DNA from: an uncultured Candidatus Saccharibacteria bacterium
GTDB lineage: Bacteria > Patescibacteriota > Minisyncoccia > Phycocordibacterales > PALSA-1337
Direction: 5' to 3'
Assembly (NCBI GenBank): GCA_964561875.1
Contig: CAZLQL010000001.1
Span: 5,191-68,759 of the forward strand
DNA: 63,569 nucleotides
The position numbers and the translations under genes were made by a program. The notes under the pieces are model-generated. The model worked only from the letters and a program-made list of their open reading frames with translations. It made no database searches and was not told the origin of the DNA. Shown here piece by piece: positions 17,276-27,034 of the stretch. The first letter of the stretch is position 1. Every line of letters starts with the position of its first letter.

Positions 17276-18736
17276 ATGTCTAAAGATGAGGTAATAATCA
17301 GGTTTGAGGATGTTAGTTTTGAATATGGCCACAATAAACCCATACTAGATGAGGTTAGTTTTTCTGTGCGTAAAGGTTCAAAGATAACTATCATGGGACA
17401 AAACGGTGCAGGAAAGAGTACTATATTTAAACTCATAACAAAAGATTTGAAACCAGAAGAAGGGGATATACATATTGGTAATGGAGTAAGTATCGCAATA
17501 TCAAAACAGGTTATACCTCGTGAATATCTCGACTTAACAATCAGAGATTTCTTCCAAAAGAGCTTTAAAGATAAAGTTTATGATATAGATCCTAGGATTG
17601 ATGAAGTTCTCGAAGTTGTAAATCTCCATGCTCCGCACGATAGAGTAATAAGGAGTTTCTCTGGTGGCCAACAAGCCAGACTTTTGCTTGCTTCAGCTAT
17701 TATTCAAAATCCTGACATATTACTTCTAGATGAGCCTACAAATAATCTTGATAAATCTGGTATTGCTCATCTTACTGATTTTATAAAAAATTATAAAAAG
17801 ACTTGTTTGGTTATTTCCCATGATGCAGATTTTCTAAATTCATTTACAGACGGTGTTTTGTATCTAGATGTATTTACTAGAAAAGTAGAACAATATGTGG
17901 GAAATTATTATGATCTTTTAAAAGAAATTTCAGCTAGGATCGAGAAGGAAAATAGAAAAAATGCCCAGCTCGCAAAAGAAATTCAAGAAAATAAAGATAA
18001 AGCCAATTTCTTTTCAAATAAAGGTGGGCAGATGAGATTGGTTGCAAAAAGAATGAGAGAAAAAGCAGAAGAGCTTGAAGAAGAAAAGGTTGATGTAAGA
18101 AGAGAGGATAAAACCATAAGATCTTTCATTATTCCGCATCAAAAGGATTTGGTAGGAGAGATAATAAATATATCATCATATAAAATAGCAGATCCGAAAA
18201 CTCATAAGATAGTAAATAGAAAAACCAATAAAAAATTAAATAGAAATAACCACTTATTATTGAAAGGACCAAATGGTATTGGTAAGAGTACGCTACTTGA
18301 ATCTATAGCAACAGGTACAGCTTTAGGTTCAAAAATTACTGAAGGAATAAAGGTTGGATACTATAGACAAGATTTTTCTACACTAGACTTTAATGACACA
18401 GTTTACAATTCTTTGTGGAAAGCAATGGAGAAACCAAATGAAGAAGAGATGCGTAGTGTTGCGGCAGGTTTTCTTATAAATTCTGAAATAATAAAAACAA
18501 AGATAGGGGATTTGTCAGAAGGGCAAAAAGGTTTGGTGGCTTTTGCTAGACTTGTGCTCGAAAGACCAGGGTTACTTATACTAGATGAACCTACAAACCA
18601 TATAAACTTTAGACATTTACCGATAATAGCTGAAGCTCTAAACAAATACGAGGGAGCAATGATCCTTGTAAGTCACGTTTCAGATTTTGTAGAAAAAATA
18701 AGAATAGATGATACCTTGGATCTAGAAAATAAATAG
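17276..18736 (+). CDS. ABC-F family ATPase (two ABC domains, no TMD)
   Basis: Walker A GQNGAGKST and GPNGIGKST. Signatures FSGGQQARL and LSEGQKGLV. Charged interdomain linker. Confidence 0.88.
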   Translation: MSKDEVIIRFEDVSFEYGHNKPILDEVSFSVRKGSKITIMGQNGAGKSTIFKLITKDLKPEEGDIHIGNGVSIAISKQVIPREYLDLTIRDFFQKSFKDKVYDIDPRIDEVLEVVNLHAPHDRVIRSFSGGQQARLLLASAIIQNPDILLLDEPTNNLDKSGIAHLTDFIKNYKKTCLVISHDADFLNSFTDGVLYLDVFTRKVEQYVGNYYDLLKEISARIEKENRKNAQLAKEIQENKDKANFFSNKGGQMRLVAKRMREKAEELEEEKVDVRREDKTIRSFIIPHQKDLVGEIINISSYKIADPKTHKIVNRKTNKKLNRNNHLLLKGPNGIGKSTLLESIATGTALGSKITEGIKVGYYRQDFSTLDFNDTVYNSLWKAMEKPNEEEMRSVAAGFLINSEIIKTKIGDLSEGQKGLVAFARLVLERPGLLILDEPTNHINFRHLPIIAEALNKYEGAMILVSHVSDFVEKIRIDDTLDLENK

Positions 18737-18763
18737 ATACTTCATAAGTGATATAATATATGT

Positions 18764-19453
18764 ATGACAAAATATAAAATATTTTTATTATCCATCTTTT
18801 CTGTTTTTTGGATATGGGCTGCAATAAACCCTATATATCCGCATGATTGGATACTTGAAAATATCTTGGTATTTATTGCAGTACCACTTATTATAATTCT
18901 TGGAAGATACCTAAAACTTTCTGAAACTTCATATACACTCATTACCATTTTTATGATTCTTCATGTTATAGGTTCACACTATACTTATGCAGAAGTTCCT
19001 TTTGGTGATACGTTGAAACTTTGGTTTGGTGAAGATAGAAATATGTATGATAGATTGGTTCATTTTAGTTTCGGTCTCCTTCTAGCATATCCAGTTAGAG
19101 AGGTGTTCATGAGACTTTCTGATGCAAAGGGATTCTGGTCATATTATTTCCCGATAGATCTAGTTGGGGCAAGTTCAGCAGTATATGAAATAATAGAATG
19201 GTTAACGGCAAGAACTGTAGATCCTGTAGCTGGTCTGGCATTCTTGGGATCACAAGGAGATATATGGGATGCTCAGAAAGATATGTTGATGGCAATTCTG
19301 GGTTCGATCATAACTATGATTATTGTGTTTATATTAAATTCTATTTTTAATAAAGATCATATAAAAGAAGTAAAAGAGAGTTTGAAAATAAAGAAAGGTG
19401 ACAAACCACTTGGAGAAGAGAGATTGGTAGAATATTTTAAGAAAAATAAATAA
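18764..19453 (+). CDS. DUF2238 (YjdF-like) membrane protein
   Basis: Multi-TM ORF with an HVIGSHYTYAEVPFG motif. TATAAT (18752-18757) lies 6 nt before the ATG. Confidence 0.65.
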   Translation: MTKYKIFLLSIFSVFWIWAAINPIYPHDWILENILVFIAVPLIIILGRYLKLSETSYTLITIFMILHVIGSHYTYAEVPFGDTLKLWFGEDRNMYDRLVHFSFGLLLAYPVREVFMRLSDAKGFWSYYFPIDLVGASSAVYEIIEWLTARTVDPVAGLAFLGSQGDIWDAQKDMLMAILGSIITMIIVFILNSIFNKDHIKEVKESLKIKKGDKPLGEERLVEYFKKNK

Positions 19454-19481
19454 TTGACTATTGTTTAATACTGCGTACTAT
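19454..19481 (+). promoter_or_regulatory. Sigma70-type promoter of the G+C-rich cassette
   Basis: TTGACT (19454-19459), 16-nt spacer, TACTAT (19476-19481). Confidence 0.45.
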
Positions 19482-19528
19482 GTAGCTTAGGCGCACCAAA
19501 TCGCGGTGCATAAAGAAAGGATAGTTCC

Positions 19529-20395
19529 ATGAAAATACAGAGAAACCCGATCGATGTGGTAACGACACCTGGTGAAAATACCTGGGAAGATAGAGTAAAA
19601 AAATGGTATAAGCCAATGACTCTACAAGAAAGAGAGACTTGGCTTCGGAGTAACTGGACTAGGATTGATAATGGTCCAGATATATTCATATTTTATCTCG
19701 ATCTTGCACATGGTTATGGTGATAACGTTAAAACGGTCGACTTTAAGACTTCAGATGGTGTGTATTGTGTCAGGACAGATATAATTCATCCATGCGAAGT
19801 CACAACCTTCATAAGACAGACAGCTTTTTCAGTTCTTGCAAATCACTTTTTTAAAAAAGAGAATGATAATTACCCGTTTGATCTACCGTATAGCGAACCA
19901 CTCTTTTCCCATCTAGTTGATTTCTTCAAGCCATACAATGGAATAGGGGGATTTGATAATCTTCGTCCATCGAGTAAAAAATTTTTGGGTAGAGATGGTG
20001 GTGTTCACTATGTTGATAATGCATATGGATACGCACATTCTTTTGCGGGAAATGCTTTTCTGATGTTAAATGGATTAAATCCATTTCCATTTTCAGAAGG
20101 ATCAAGTATTGATTTCAGTGTCGCACAAAGTCGCAAGGTGGATATTGTGAGTCTTGCAAGGAGGTTCGGTATCTTTGAGTATCAAAAAACACTCGGTCTA
20201 AAGACTCTAAGAGTTGATTTGTTTTGTCTGTTGTATAGAATTATGTTTGCAGAGTGTGGTGAAAGGGTAATAGTCGACAGACATACTATATCGTCAGACA
20301 TGATAGAAGGGCCACTAAGGAGGTGTGTTCAGCGACGTCATGATTTGGCAGTTTTCCTAAATACTGCCAGATTTACAATGAATGCTACTGATTGA
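19529..20395 (+). CDS. Hypothetical protein (288 aa), G+C-richer ORFan
   Basis: ORF with an AAAGGA SD; no motif recognised. Confidence 0.6.
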   Translation: MKIQRNPIDVVTTPGENTWEDRVKKWYKPMTLQERETWLRSNWTRIDNGPDIFIFYLDLAHGYGDNVKTVDFKTSDGVYCVRTDIIHPCEVTTFIRQTAFSVLANHFFKKENDNYPFDLPYSEPLFSHLVDFFKPYNGIGGFDNLRPSSKKFLGRDGGVHYVDNAYGYAHSFAGNAFLMLNGLNPFPFSEGSSIDFSVAQSRKVDIVSLARRFGIFEYQKTLGLKTLRVDLFCLLYRIMFAECGERVIVDRHTISSDMIEGPLRRCVQRRHDLAVFLNTARFTMNATD

Positions 20396-20405
20396 TCCGT
20401 ACATT

Positions 20406-20454
20406 TTTTGATTTCCAAAAACCCCGCGAGCATTTGCTCCCGGGGTTTTGTTTT
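20406..20454 (+). repeat. 49-bp terminator-containing repeat, copy 1
   Basis: TTTTGATTTCCAAAAACCCCGCGAGCATTTGCTCCCGGGGTTTTGTTTT. Hairpin AACCCCG/CGGGGTT plus a T-run. Identical to 21403-21451. Confidence 0.9.
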
Positions 20455-20568
20455 GACAAAAATGTATAAAAGTATAGAGTCATAAAGGTTTGCACGTTGT
20501 AAACCTTATCTATAACCAATATCCTTGAGAGGGGATAACTTTGGCCTGAGAGGGTCAAGAAAGGTAAA

Positions 20569-21393
20569 ATGAGTACTATAGCTGAAGGAAAAGATACGGT
20601 ATGGAGTGAATCGAGAATGTCATGTTTGGTTGAAGTTCTTATTAAACCAAACGTTCCAAACTTAGAAACTCAAATAAGAAAATCCTGCCTTAGCAGAGTT
20701 GTTGCATCTAATGGAAATGCAACTGAAATTGAGGTAGCGTTTGGACATACTCTGGATGAAATCGTTGCTAATGATCAATTTTCTAACTATAGCTTGATCG
20801 CTGATTGTGTTTCATGTTGGAAGGTTTGTCCAAGTAGTGAGACGGTAAATGTAGGGGTATTGAGGGCGATCGATTCCAAGATGAGATCTAGAGAAATACC
20901 GCTATCCATGAGTGAGGGTATTCTTATAGGCCTGATTGAACTTTTTACAGACTGTAAGCAGGATCAAAACTTGTTCGACGCTTTGTACTCTTCAAAGCGA
21001 TACCAGCTACTTACCTATGTTAGAGATACTAGTGTCTGTATTTCAAGAGAGGGTTCCGGTCGTCTTTCAACCGCAGTAAAATTTTTTCTAGAACCTGTTT
21101 GGAATACTGGCGGTAGACTCGGTTCAGGCAGATTGATGCAGATACTCATACTTATCGAAAGGTATAGTCGGATTTATAGAAATGAATCTACTTTAGTCTT
21201 TCCAGATATGACTTATTTTCAGCCAGAGGGGTTATTTGAATATTTCCTTTCTGAACTATCCGCGAGGTTATTTCTGTTGGCAAGATATGAGGTACGATTG
21301 GATATTTTTTCTACTTTTGCAGTTAATAATCAACTACTCAAAAGTCAGGGTGGTATTGACGCCTTAAGGTCAAAGTTTCCCTGGTTAGGATGA
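20569..21393 (+). CDS. Hypothetical protein (274 aa), ORFan
   Basis: ORF with an AAAGG SD; no motif recognised. Confidence 0.6.
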   Translation: MSTIAEGKDTVWSESRMSCLVEVLIKPNVPNLETQIRKSCLSRVVASNGNATEIEVAFGHTLDEIVANDQFSNYSLIADCVSCWKVCPSSETVNVGVLRAIDSKMRSREIPLSMSEGILIGLIELFTDCKQDQNLFDALYSSKRYQLLTYVRDTSVCISREGSGRLSTAVKFFLEPVWNTGGRLGSGRLMQILILIERYSRIYRNESTLVFPDMTYFQPEGLFEYFLSELSARLFLLARYEVRLDIFSTFAVNNQLLKSQGGIDALRSKFPWLG

Positions 21394-21402
21394 TTTTGAA
21401 CC

Positions 21403-21451
21403 TTTTGATTTCCAAAAACCCCGCGAGCATTTGCTCCCGGGGTTTTGTTTT
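21403..21451 (+). repeat. 49-bp terminator-containing repeat, copy 2
   Basis: Perfect copy of 20406-20454, 997 bp downstream. Confidence 0.9.
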
Positions 21452-21490
21452 ACCCAAAACAGGTTTAATCTGCTATATTGTATAAACAAA

Positions 21491-23236
21491 ATGTCAGCCT
21501 TCATAAATATAATAAAAAGATACATCGGCTTAGCAAGTACGGTTATAGTACTTGGTATTATTTCAAATGGGCTAGCTCTATATGTCCCAACTCTTTCGGC
21601 TCATATAATAGATGATGTAAATATTATAAAACAGTTTGCTTTTTTTGCTTGGTCGCCAACACTAACTCTAGTAACTATATTTGCTATATTTTCATTTATT
21701 TTAGCTATTATTCAAATACAAGTTTCTACATTCTTTTCAGAAAGAGTTGCATTAGATTTGAGACATAGACTCATAGATAAGATATCAAAACAATCTTTTT
21801 CTTATGTTTCAAATTCAACCCCAGGAAGATTGATGACTATCTTAACTTCTGATATTGATGCTGTAAAAAATGTAATATCTCAAGGTTTGGTGACATTGCT
21901 TGGTGCAATCATCACACTAATAGGTAGTGCAGTTTTACTTATTATGATAAATCCGCGACTTGGATTGTATACAATATCTGTTATCCCTCTACTTATATTA
22001 ACTATAGGTTTTATATTTGGAACACTTACAAAACTTTTTAGACAAGGACAAGAAAATCTAGAGAAGATAAATTCAGTGATAAATGAGACAATAGTCGGTT
22101 CAGCGCTTATAAGAGTTTTAAATTCTATAAATTCAGAAATAAATAAGTTTAAAACAGTAAATAGTAAATCAAGAGATATTGGTCTTGGAATTGTAAGAAA
22201 CATCTCTGCTTTGATTCCCACTATCACACTTCTCGCAAATATTATCACAATGATAATACTTTATTTTGGAGGTAAACAAGTTATACTCGGAACATTATCT
22301 ATAGGTAGCTTCAGTGCTTTTATTTCTTATTCCGCAATGTTTATATGGCCATTATTTGTTCTATCTTTTGTTGGTACATCTATATCAAGAGGAGGAGTTT
22401 CTCTAAAACGTATAAATGAAGTAATAGATTCTGAGGTACAAGTAGAAAAAGGTAAAAATATTAAAAAAATTAAAGGAGATATCGAATTTAAAAATGTATC
22501 ATTATCATATACAGATCAAAATGGTAGTGAAAAAACAGTACTGAAAGATATATCATTTAAAATTAAAGCTAATACAAAAAATGCGATATTGGGACCAACA
22601 GCAGCAGGTAAGACACAATTATTTTATCTAATATCAGGCCTTGTAAATCCTACATCGGGAGAGATCTTGATAGATGGTGAACCTATGAGTTCATATAAGA
22701 CTAGTGATTTACTTTCAAATATAGGTTTGGTTTTTCAAGATAGTATAGTATTCAATACCACATTTAGAGATAATATTTCTTTTTCAGAAAAGACTACAAA
22801 TGAAAGTTTAAAAAAAGCTATAAACACCGCTGAACTAGATGAGTTGGTAGAAAGGTTGCCAAATGGTCTTGATACTATGGTTAGCGAAAGGGGAACCAGC
22901 CTCTCTGGTGGTCAAAAGCAGAGACTTATGTTGGCAAGAGCTTTGGCTTTGGAACCGAAGATACTATTACTTGATGATTTTACTTCAAGAGTTGATAAGA
23001 ATACTGAAACTTCTATATTAAATAATGTAAATAAAAATTATAGAGATGTAACTCTTGTTTCTATTACACAAAAGATTGATCCTATTAAAGATTATGAAAA
23101 TATAATAGTCATTATGGAAGGAGAGGTTGTGGCAGTGGGGACACATAAAGATCTAATTAAAAATTCCTTTGAGTATAATCAGATTCTTCAATCTCAAATG
23201 TCTACGGAGAATATTTCAAATAAAAAAGATGAATAA
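21491..23236 (+). CDS. ABC exporter, fused TMD-NBD (heterodimer partner A)
   Basis: 6-TM domain. Walker A GPTAAGKT, signature LSGGQKQRL, Walker B ILLLDD. The start at 21431 would run through the upstream terminator, so ATG 21491 is preferred. Confidence 0.88.
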   Translation: MSAFINIIKRYIGLASTVIVLGIISNGLALYVPTLSAHIIDDVNIIKQFAFFAWSPTLTLVTIFAIFSFILAIIQIQVSTFFSERVALDLRHRLIDKISKQSFSYVSNSTPGRLMTILTSDIDAVKNVISQGLVTLLGAIITLIGSAVLLIMINPRLGLYTISVIPLLILTIGFIFGTLTKLFRQGQENLEKINSVINETIVGSALIRVLNSINSEINKFKTVNSKSRDIGLGIVRNISALIPTITLLANIITMIILYFGGKQVILGTLSIGSFSAFISYSAMFIWPLFVLSFVGTSISRGGVSLKRINEVIDSEVQVEKGKNIKKIKGDIEFKNVSLSYTDQNGSEKTVLKDISFKIKANTKNAILGPTAAGKTQLFYLISGLVNPTSGEILIDGEPMSSYKTSDLLSNIGLVFQDSIVFNTTFRDNISFSEKTTNESLKKAINTAELDELVERLPNGLDTMVSERGTSLSGGQKQRLMLARALALEPKILLLDDFTSRVDKNTETSILNNVNKNYRDVTLVSITQKIDPIKDYENIIVIMEGEVVAVGTHKDLIKNSFEYNQILQSQMSTENISNKKDE

Positions 23237-25016
23237 AAATCTAACTTATGAATTAAATAAAGGTGAAGATAAAACAAAAAAAGGTGGTATTTCATCTATA
23301 TGGTTTGGTATAAAAGAATTTTCACAATATATAGACGGAGATAAAAGTAGACTAATATATGCATTTATACTTATCATACTAAACTCAATTGCCAATGTTC
23401 TAACACCATTTATTATCGCCTATGCTCTCGATAATTATATTTTTAAATCAGACACTAAAGGTCTAGGTAGTATACTTATTGTATTGGGACTAATGTATGC
23501 AGGTACTGTTCTTATAGGTTATGCTCAAGGAATGTTGGTGGGGAATATATCACAAAAGACTTTGTATAGACTTCGTGAAGCTCTATTTACAAAATTACAA
23601 AATTTACCAATCGCATTTTTTAATCAAAATAAAGCGGGAGATTTAATATCTAGAATAAATAACGATACAGATAAACTTAATCAATTTTTATCTGAAGGAA
23701 TATCTAGATTTGTCGGAGGGTTCTTCTCAGTACTTGGAATAGCAATATTTGTTTTATTTATAAACTATAAACTTGGTCTGGCTATGCTTTCTTCAGTCTT
23801 ATTACTTGTGATAATAACTAGAATCTTATCTCCATGGATAGAAAAACAAAATAAAAAGAACTTGGTCGCAGTTGGAAATCTGTCCGCTTCTCTTCAAGAA
23901 AATATAACAAATTTCAGAGTGATTGTTGCCTACAGTAAAAGAGACTATTTCAGATCCCATCTCGAAGAAATGAATAAAAATACATTCAATACTGCTTATG
24001 TATCTGGTGCTGCAAATAGAATTTTTGAGCCGATATACGATCTTGCAGGTAGTTTTGCACTTATTATCGTTATATCTTACGGTCTTTATCTCATATCTCA
24101 AGGAGAGTTGAGTATGGGGCTACTGGTTGCTTTTATAAGTTATACACAAAAGTTTTATGACCCACTTAGAATACTTGCAACAATATTTGGAACTATACAA
24201 CTTTCTGCAGCAGCATGGTCAAGAGTAAGAGAAATATTTTCTTTAAAAAATAATATAGTAAGTTCACAAAATATAGACTCAGAACAAATAAATACAAAAG
24301 ATAGAATAGAATTAAAAGATGTCTCATTTAAATATGAAGGAGGGGATAGTGTAATAGAAAATGCCAATTTAACATTTGAGATTGGTAAAACTTATGCTCT
24401 AGTTGGACCAACAGGTGGAGGTAAATCTACTCTTGCGAGCATTATGGCTCATCTATATGAACCAAGTTCAGGTGCAGTTTTTCTAAACGGTAGAAAAATG
24501 TCTTCCTATACAAATGAAGAAAGAGCAAAGGAAATAAGTGTAATACTTCAAGATCCAATATTGTTTACAGGTACTGTGGCAGAAAATATAAAGTATGGAA
24601 ATAGCAGTTTAGAGAATATAGATAATGAAGAATTAAAAAATTTACTTATAGATAAAGGGTTTAAAGAGGTAATATCACGTTTTTCTAAAGGTCTTGAAAC
24701 AGAAATATCATATACAGGTGGAGGTTTAAGTATTGGTCAAAAGCAACTTATCTCTTTTATGAGAGCCATATTACGTGAGCCAAAACTTATTATACTTGAT
24801 GAAGCTACTGCAAATATTGATACAATAACTGAGACTATATTAAATCAAACCCTATATAGTCTTCCAAAAGATACTACAAAGATAATAATTGCGCATAGAT
24901 TGAATACCATAAAAGATGCAGATGAAATAATGTTTGTTAATGGGCATCATGTTACACCCGCGGGGAGTTTTGAAAACGCACTAAAGCTTATAGAGAATTC
25001 AAAGAGAACGAGTTAG
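23229..25016 (+). CDS. ABC exporter, fused TMD-NBD (heterodimer partner B)
   Basis: GPTGGGKST, LSIGQKQL, LIILDEAT. The ATG overlaps the upstream stop (ATGAATAA). Confidence 0.88.
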   Translation: MNKNLTYELNKGEDKTKKGGISSIWFGIKEFSQYIDGDKSRLIYAFILIILNSIANVLTPFIIAYALDNYIFKSDTKGLGSILIVLGLMYAGTVLIGYAQGMLVGNISQKTLYRLREALFTKLQNLPIAFFNQNKAGDLISRINNDTDKLNQFLSEGISRFVGGFFSVLGIAIFVLFINYKLGLAMLSSVLLLVIITRILSPWIEKQNKKNLVAVGNLSASLQENITNFRVIVAYSKRDYFRSHLEEMNKNTFNTAYVSGAANRIFEPIYDLAGSFALIIVISYGLYLISQGELSMGLLVAFISYTQKFYDPLRILATIFGTIQLSAAAWSRVREIFSLKNNIVSSQNIDSEQINTKDRIELKDVSFKYEGGDSVIENANLTFEIGKTYALVGPTGGGKSTLASIMAHLYEPSSGAVFLNGRKMSSYTNEERAKEISVILQDPILFTGTVAENIKYGNSSLENIDNEELKNLLIDKGFKEVISRFSKGLETEISYTGGGLSIGQKQLISFMRAILREPKLIILDEATANIDTITETILNQTLYSLPKDTTKIIIAHRLNTIKDADEIMFVNGHHVTPAGSFENALKLIENSKRTS

Positions 25017-25169
25017 TGTTGGTATGCATAAACACCAAGTATTCTATTGTTTATATAAATAAAAAAGAGGAACGATTCATTCGTTCCCCTTGTTCACCAT
25101 ATCCACACACGAAAAAAGGATTTGGTGAAGTCCTATACCACAAGGCAAGGACTCTGAAACTCTACACTA

Positions 25170-25553
25170 CTAAGGCCTTCTTGTCAAGCGTCTGTGGATC
25201 TTGGGCGGTTCACTCTGATCCGTAGAGATAATGATTTTTTTGATATTCTTCATTCCTCTTCGGGCTCGAATCTTACCAAGTTCCTCATGGCCTTTCGTGA
25301 GTTGTACTAACCGATCGTACAACTTGAGCCCATCGTCACACAATTCTTCATCACATTTTACATGTGTGAAGCATGTACCCTCATCAAGGATGCTCTTCTT
25401 ACCCTTAACGTCGCCCATCTTACTACTCAGGTATTTGCTAAAACTTCCAAGTAGAAATGTAACCTCATACCTATTTCTCTTTTCGATTTGACCGTCTTGC
25501 AGTTTTCGTTGTGCTTCCTGACAAAGTTCTATACCTTCTTTTATTGTTCCCAT
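25170..25553 (-). CDS. Hypothetical protein (127 aa), G+C-richer ORFan
   Basis: The second Met is preceded by GGAGG with a 5-nt spacer. Divergent from the PRTase gene. Confidence 0.55.
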   Translation of the reverse strand: MGTIKEGIELCQEAQRKLQDGQIEKRNRYEVTFLLGSFSKYLSSKMGDVKGKKSILDEGTCFTHVKCDEELCDDGLKLYDRLVQLTKGHEELGKIRARRGMKNIKKIIISTDQSEPPKIHRRLTRRP

Positions 25554-25717
25554 ATACACCTCCATGTATTGTTCGTTATTATATTATAATATAAAACACT
25601 ATTAGTCAAATAAATTTTATGTCCACATGTCTCTAGTATTATTTAGATTATTTTTTCAAATAGTTATTTAATTGATATTAGTTTAACTTTGAGATAAAGT
25701 TGTAAATGGAGGTAAAA

Positions 25718-26455
25718 ATGAATCTGAATAAATGTTCACACGCAGGCCCAAAAGATGGTAATTGGTACGATTACTTTGTAAAGCATGGTGTAATCTGGAA
25801 TAGGAGGAATAAAAAAGGCCAAAACTCAACTCAAACTGGCGGTAAAAAATCACACGATATAAAACCTCATGTCAGGCTGAGTGGAGGAATGCATGCCGAC
25901 ATGTATATGAATCCGGATATGGTGTCTGATTCTGATGTCATCCGAAGGATAACATCAGAACTCATATGCAATTCTTCCAATGTCAATGCGTCAATGATTT
26001 ATGAAATCAATAGAGTGGTTGCGCCACAGAAAGGTGGAGCAATACTGGCGTATGAATTTGCTAGGACATTAAGTGATTTGCATGGTCCTTGTGGAGTACC
26101 ATGCAAGTACACTCTTCTTCAAAAAGATGGAAGAAATAGGCATGGGCCTGTGTTCAGACAGGTTGGTGATCCTATAGAGAGTGGTGATACTGTCTTGATC
26201 TGTGACGATGTTCTCACCACATCAAGGACGGTTGTTGCTATCGATAAACTTGTTCGTAAGTCTGGTGCAAAGACTGTCTTTGTTGCAGTACTTGCAATAG
26301 ACTCTAGCTTCATTGCTATGCCTGGTTTACCAGTAAACACTCTTTGTATCAAGAGAACAAAACTGTATGATCCAGACAATTGTCCTTTGTGCAGGAAAGG
26401 ATCAAGACTCATAACTTCTCCCAAGGAACATTGGAGAGACTTGGTAAAAGTCTGA
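25718..26455 (+). CDS. Type I phosphoribosyltransferase, OPRT-like, with an N-terminal extension and a C-terminal CPLC motif
   Basis: PRPP loop VLICDDVLTTSRT. OPRT-like LSGGMHADMYMN and QKGGAILAYEFA. GGAGG SD before ATG 25718. Confidence 0.7.
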   Translation: MNLNKCSHAGPKDGNWYDYFVKHGVIWNRRNKKGQNSTQTGGKKSHDIKPHVRLSGGMHADMYMNPDMVSDSDVIRRITSELICNSSNVNASMIYEINRVVAPQKGGAILAYEFARTLSDLHGPCGVPCKYTLLQKDGRNRHGPVFRQVGDPIESGDTVLICDDVLTTSRTVVAIDKLVRKSGAKTVFVAVLAIDSSFIAMPGLPVNTLCIKRTKLYDPDNCPLCRKGSRLITSPKEHWRDLVKV

Positions 26456-26586
26456 TTTACATTTTTTATTTTAAAAAGCGCTCCATTGGGGCGCTTTGTT
26501 TTATTGATATTTTATAGATTTGATGAATTTATAATAATTGCATACTGGGTGTAATATGGTACAATTTTTCGTCAGAAGGAGGTCTT

Positions 26587-26799
26587 ATGGAGAAAAAAGT
26601 ATTTAGGATGTGTACAAGGTGTAGTGAAGGATTCGGTCTAAACCACGGTGGCGAAGCGCTACCACCACATCGTTGCGAAACCCCAAAAAAAGGAGGGGCC
26701 AATGCACACAGCACAACACACACTCGCCAGCATGTGGTTGGACAAGGAGTTGCCACCACTGGATGTGGCGAAGGTGGACATGGTTCGGGGGGAAGATAA
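26587..26799 (+). CDS. Small Cys/His-containing ORF (MCTRCSEGF...HRC), possibly the 5' part of a frameshifted gene
   Basis: AGGAGG lies 4 nt before the ATG. Overlaps the next ORF by about 100 nt in another frame. Confidence 0.35.
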   Translation: MEKKVFRMCTRCSEGFGLNHGGEALPPHRCETPKKGGANAHSTTHTRQHVVGQGVATTGCGEGGHGSGGR

Positions 26800-26911
26800 A
26801 CCACCCAAACCTGATTTTTCCCAGAGTTCAATACAAGTTGAATCTCCTGACGATGTGACAAAAGGTGATCACTTCCCAGGAAAATTTCGACTAGGCGATC
26901 TGTACGCCTAG
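26702..26911 (+). CDS. Small hypothetical protein (69 aa) or the 3' part of a frameshifted gene
   Basis: AGGAGG lies 5 nt before ATG 26702. The A7 run at 26685-26691 lies at the frame junction. Confidence 0.4.
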   Translation: MHTAQHTLASMWLDKELPPLDVAKVDMVRGEDKPPKPDFSQSSIQVESPDDVTKGDHFPGKFRLGDLYA

Positions 26912-27034
26912 GTGATTAGTACGCCTGATTTTCAAAAACATGCTCTACAAGAGCATGTTTTCTTATGTGTACAACTTCTGTGCTTTAGATTTTTTTATGA
27001 CATATAATGTATACATAATAAAAATGTTCTCCAT

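Noticed and set aside
20406-21451. Integron-like cassette/attC interpretation of the 49-bp repeats
   Set aside because: There is no intI gene. The repeat is a simple terminator hairpin without the attC R/L box organisation. It is retained only as an analogy.
21880-22248. 122-aa minus-strand ORF (and similar ones at 23826-24101, 24155-24367, 35076-35348, 37128-37379)
   Set aside because: These are antisense to strongly supported genes.
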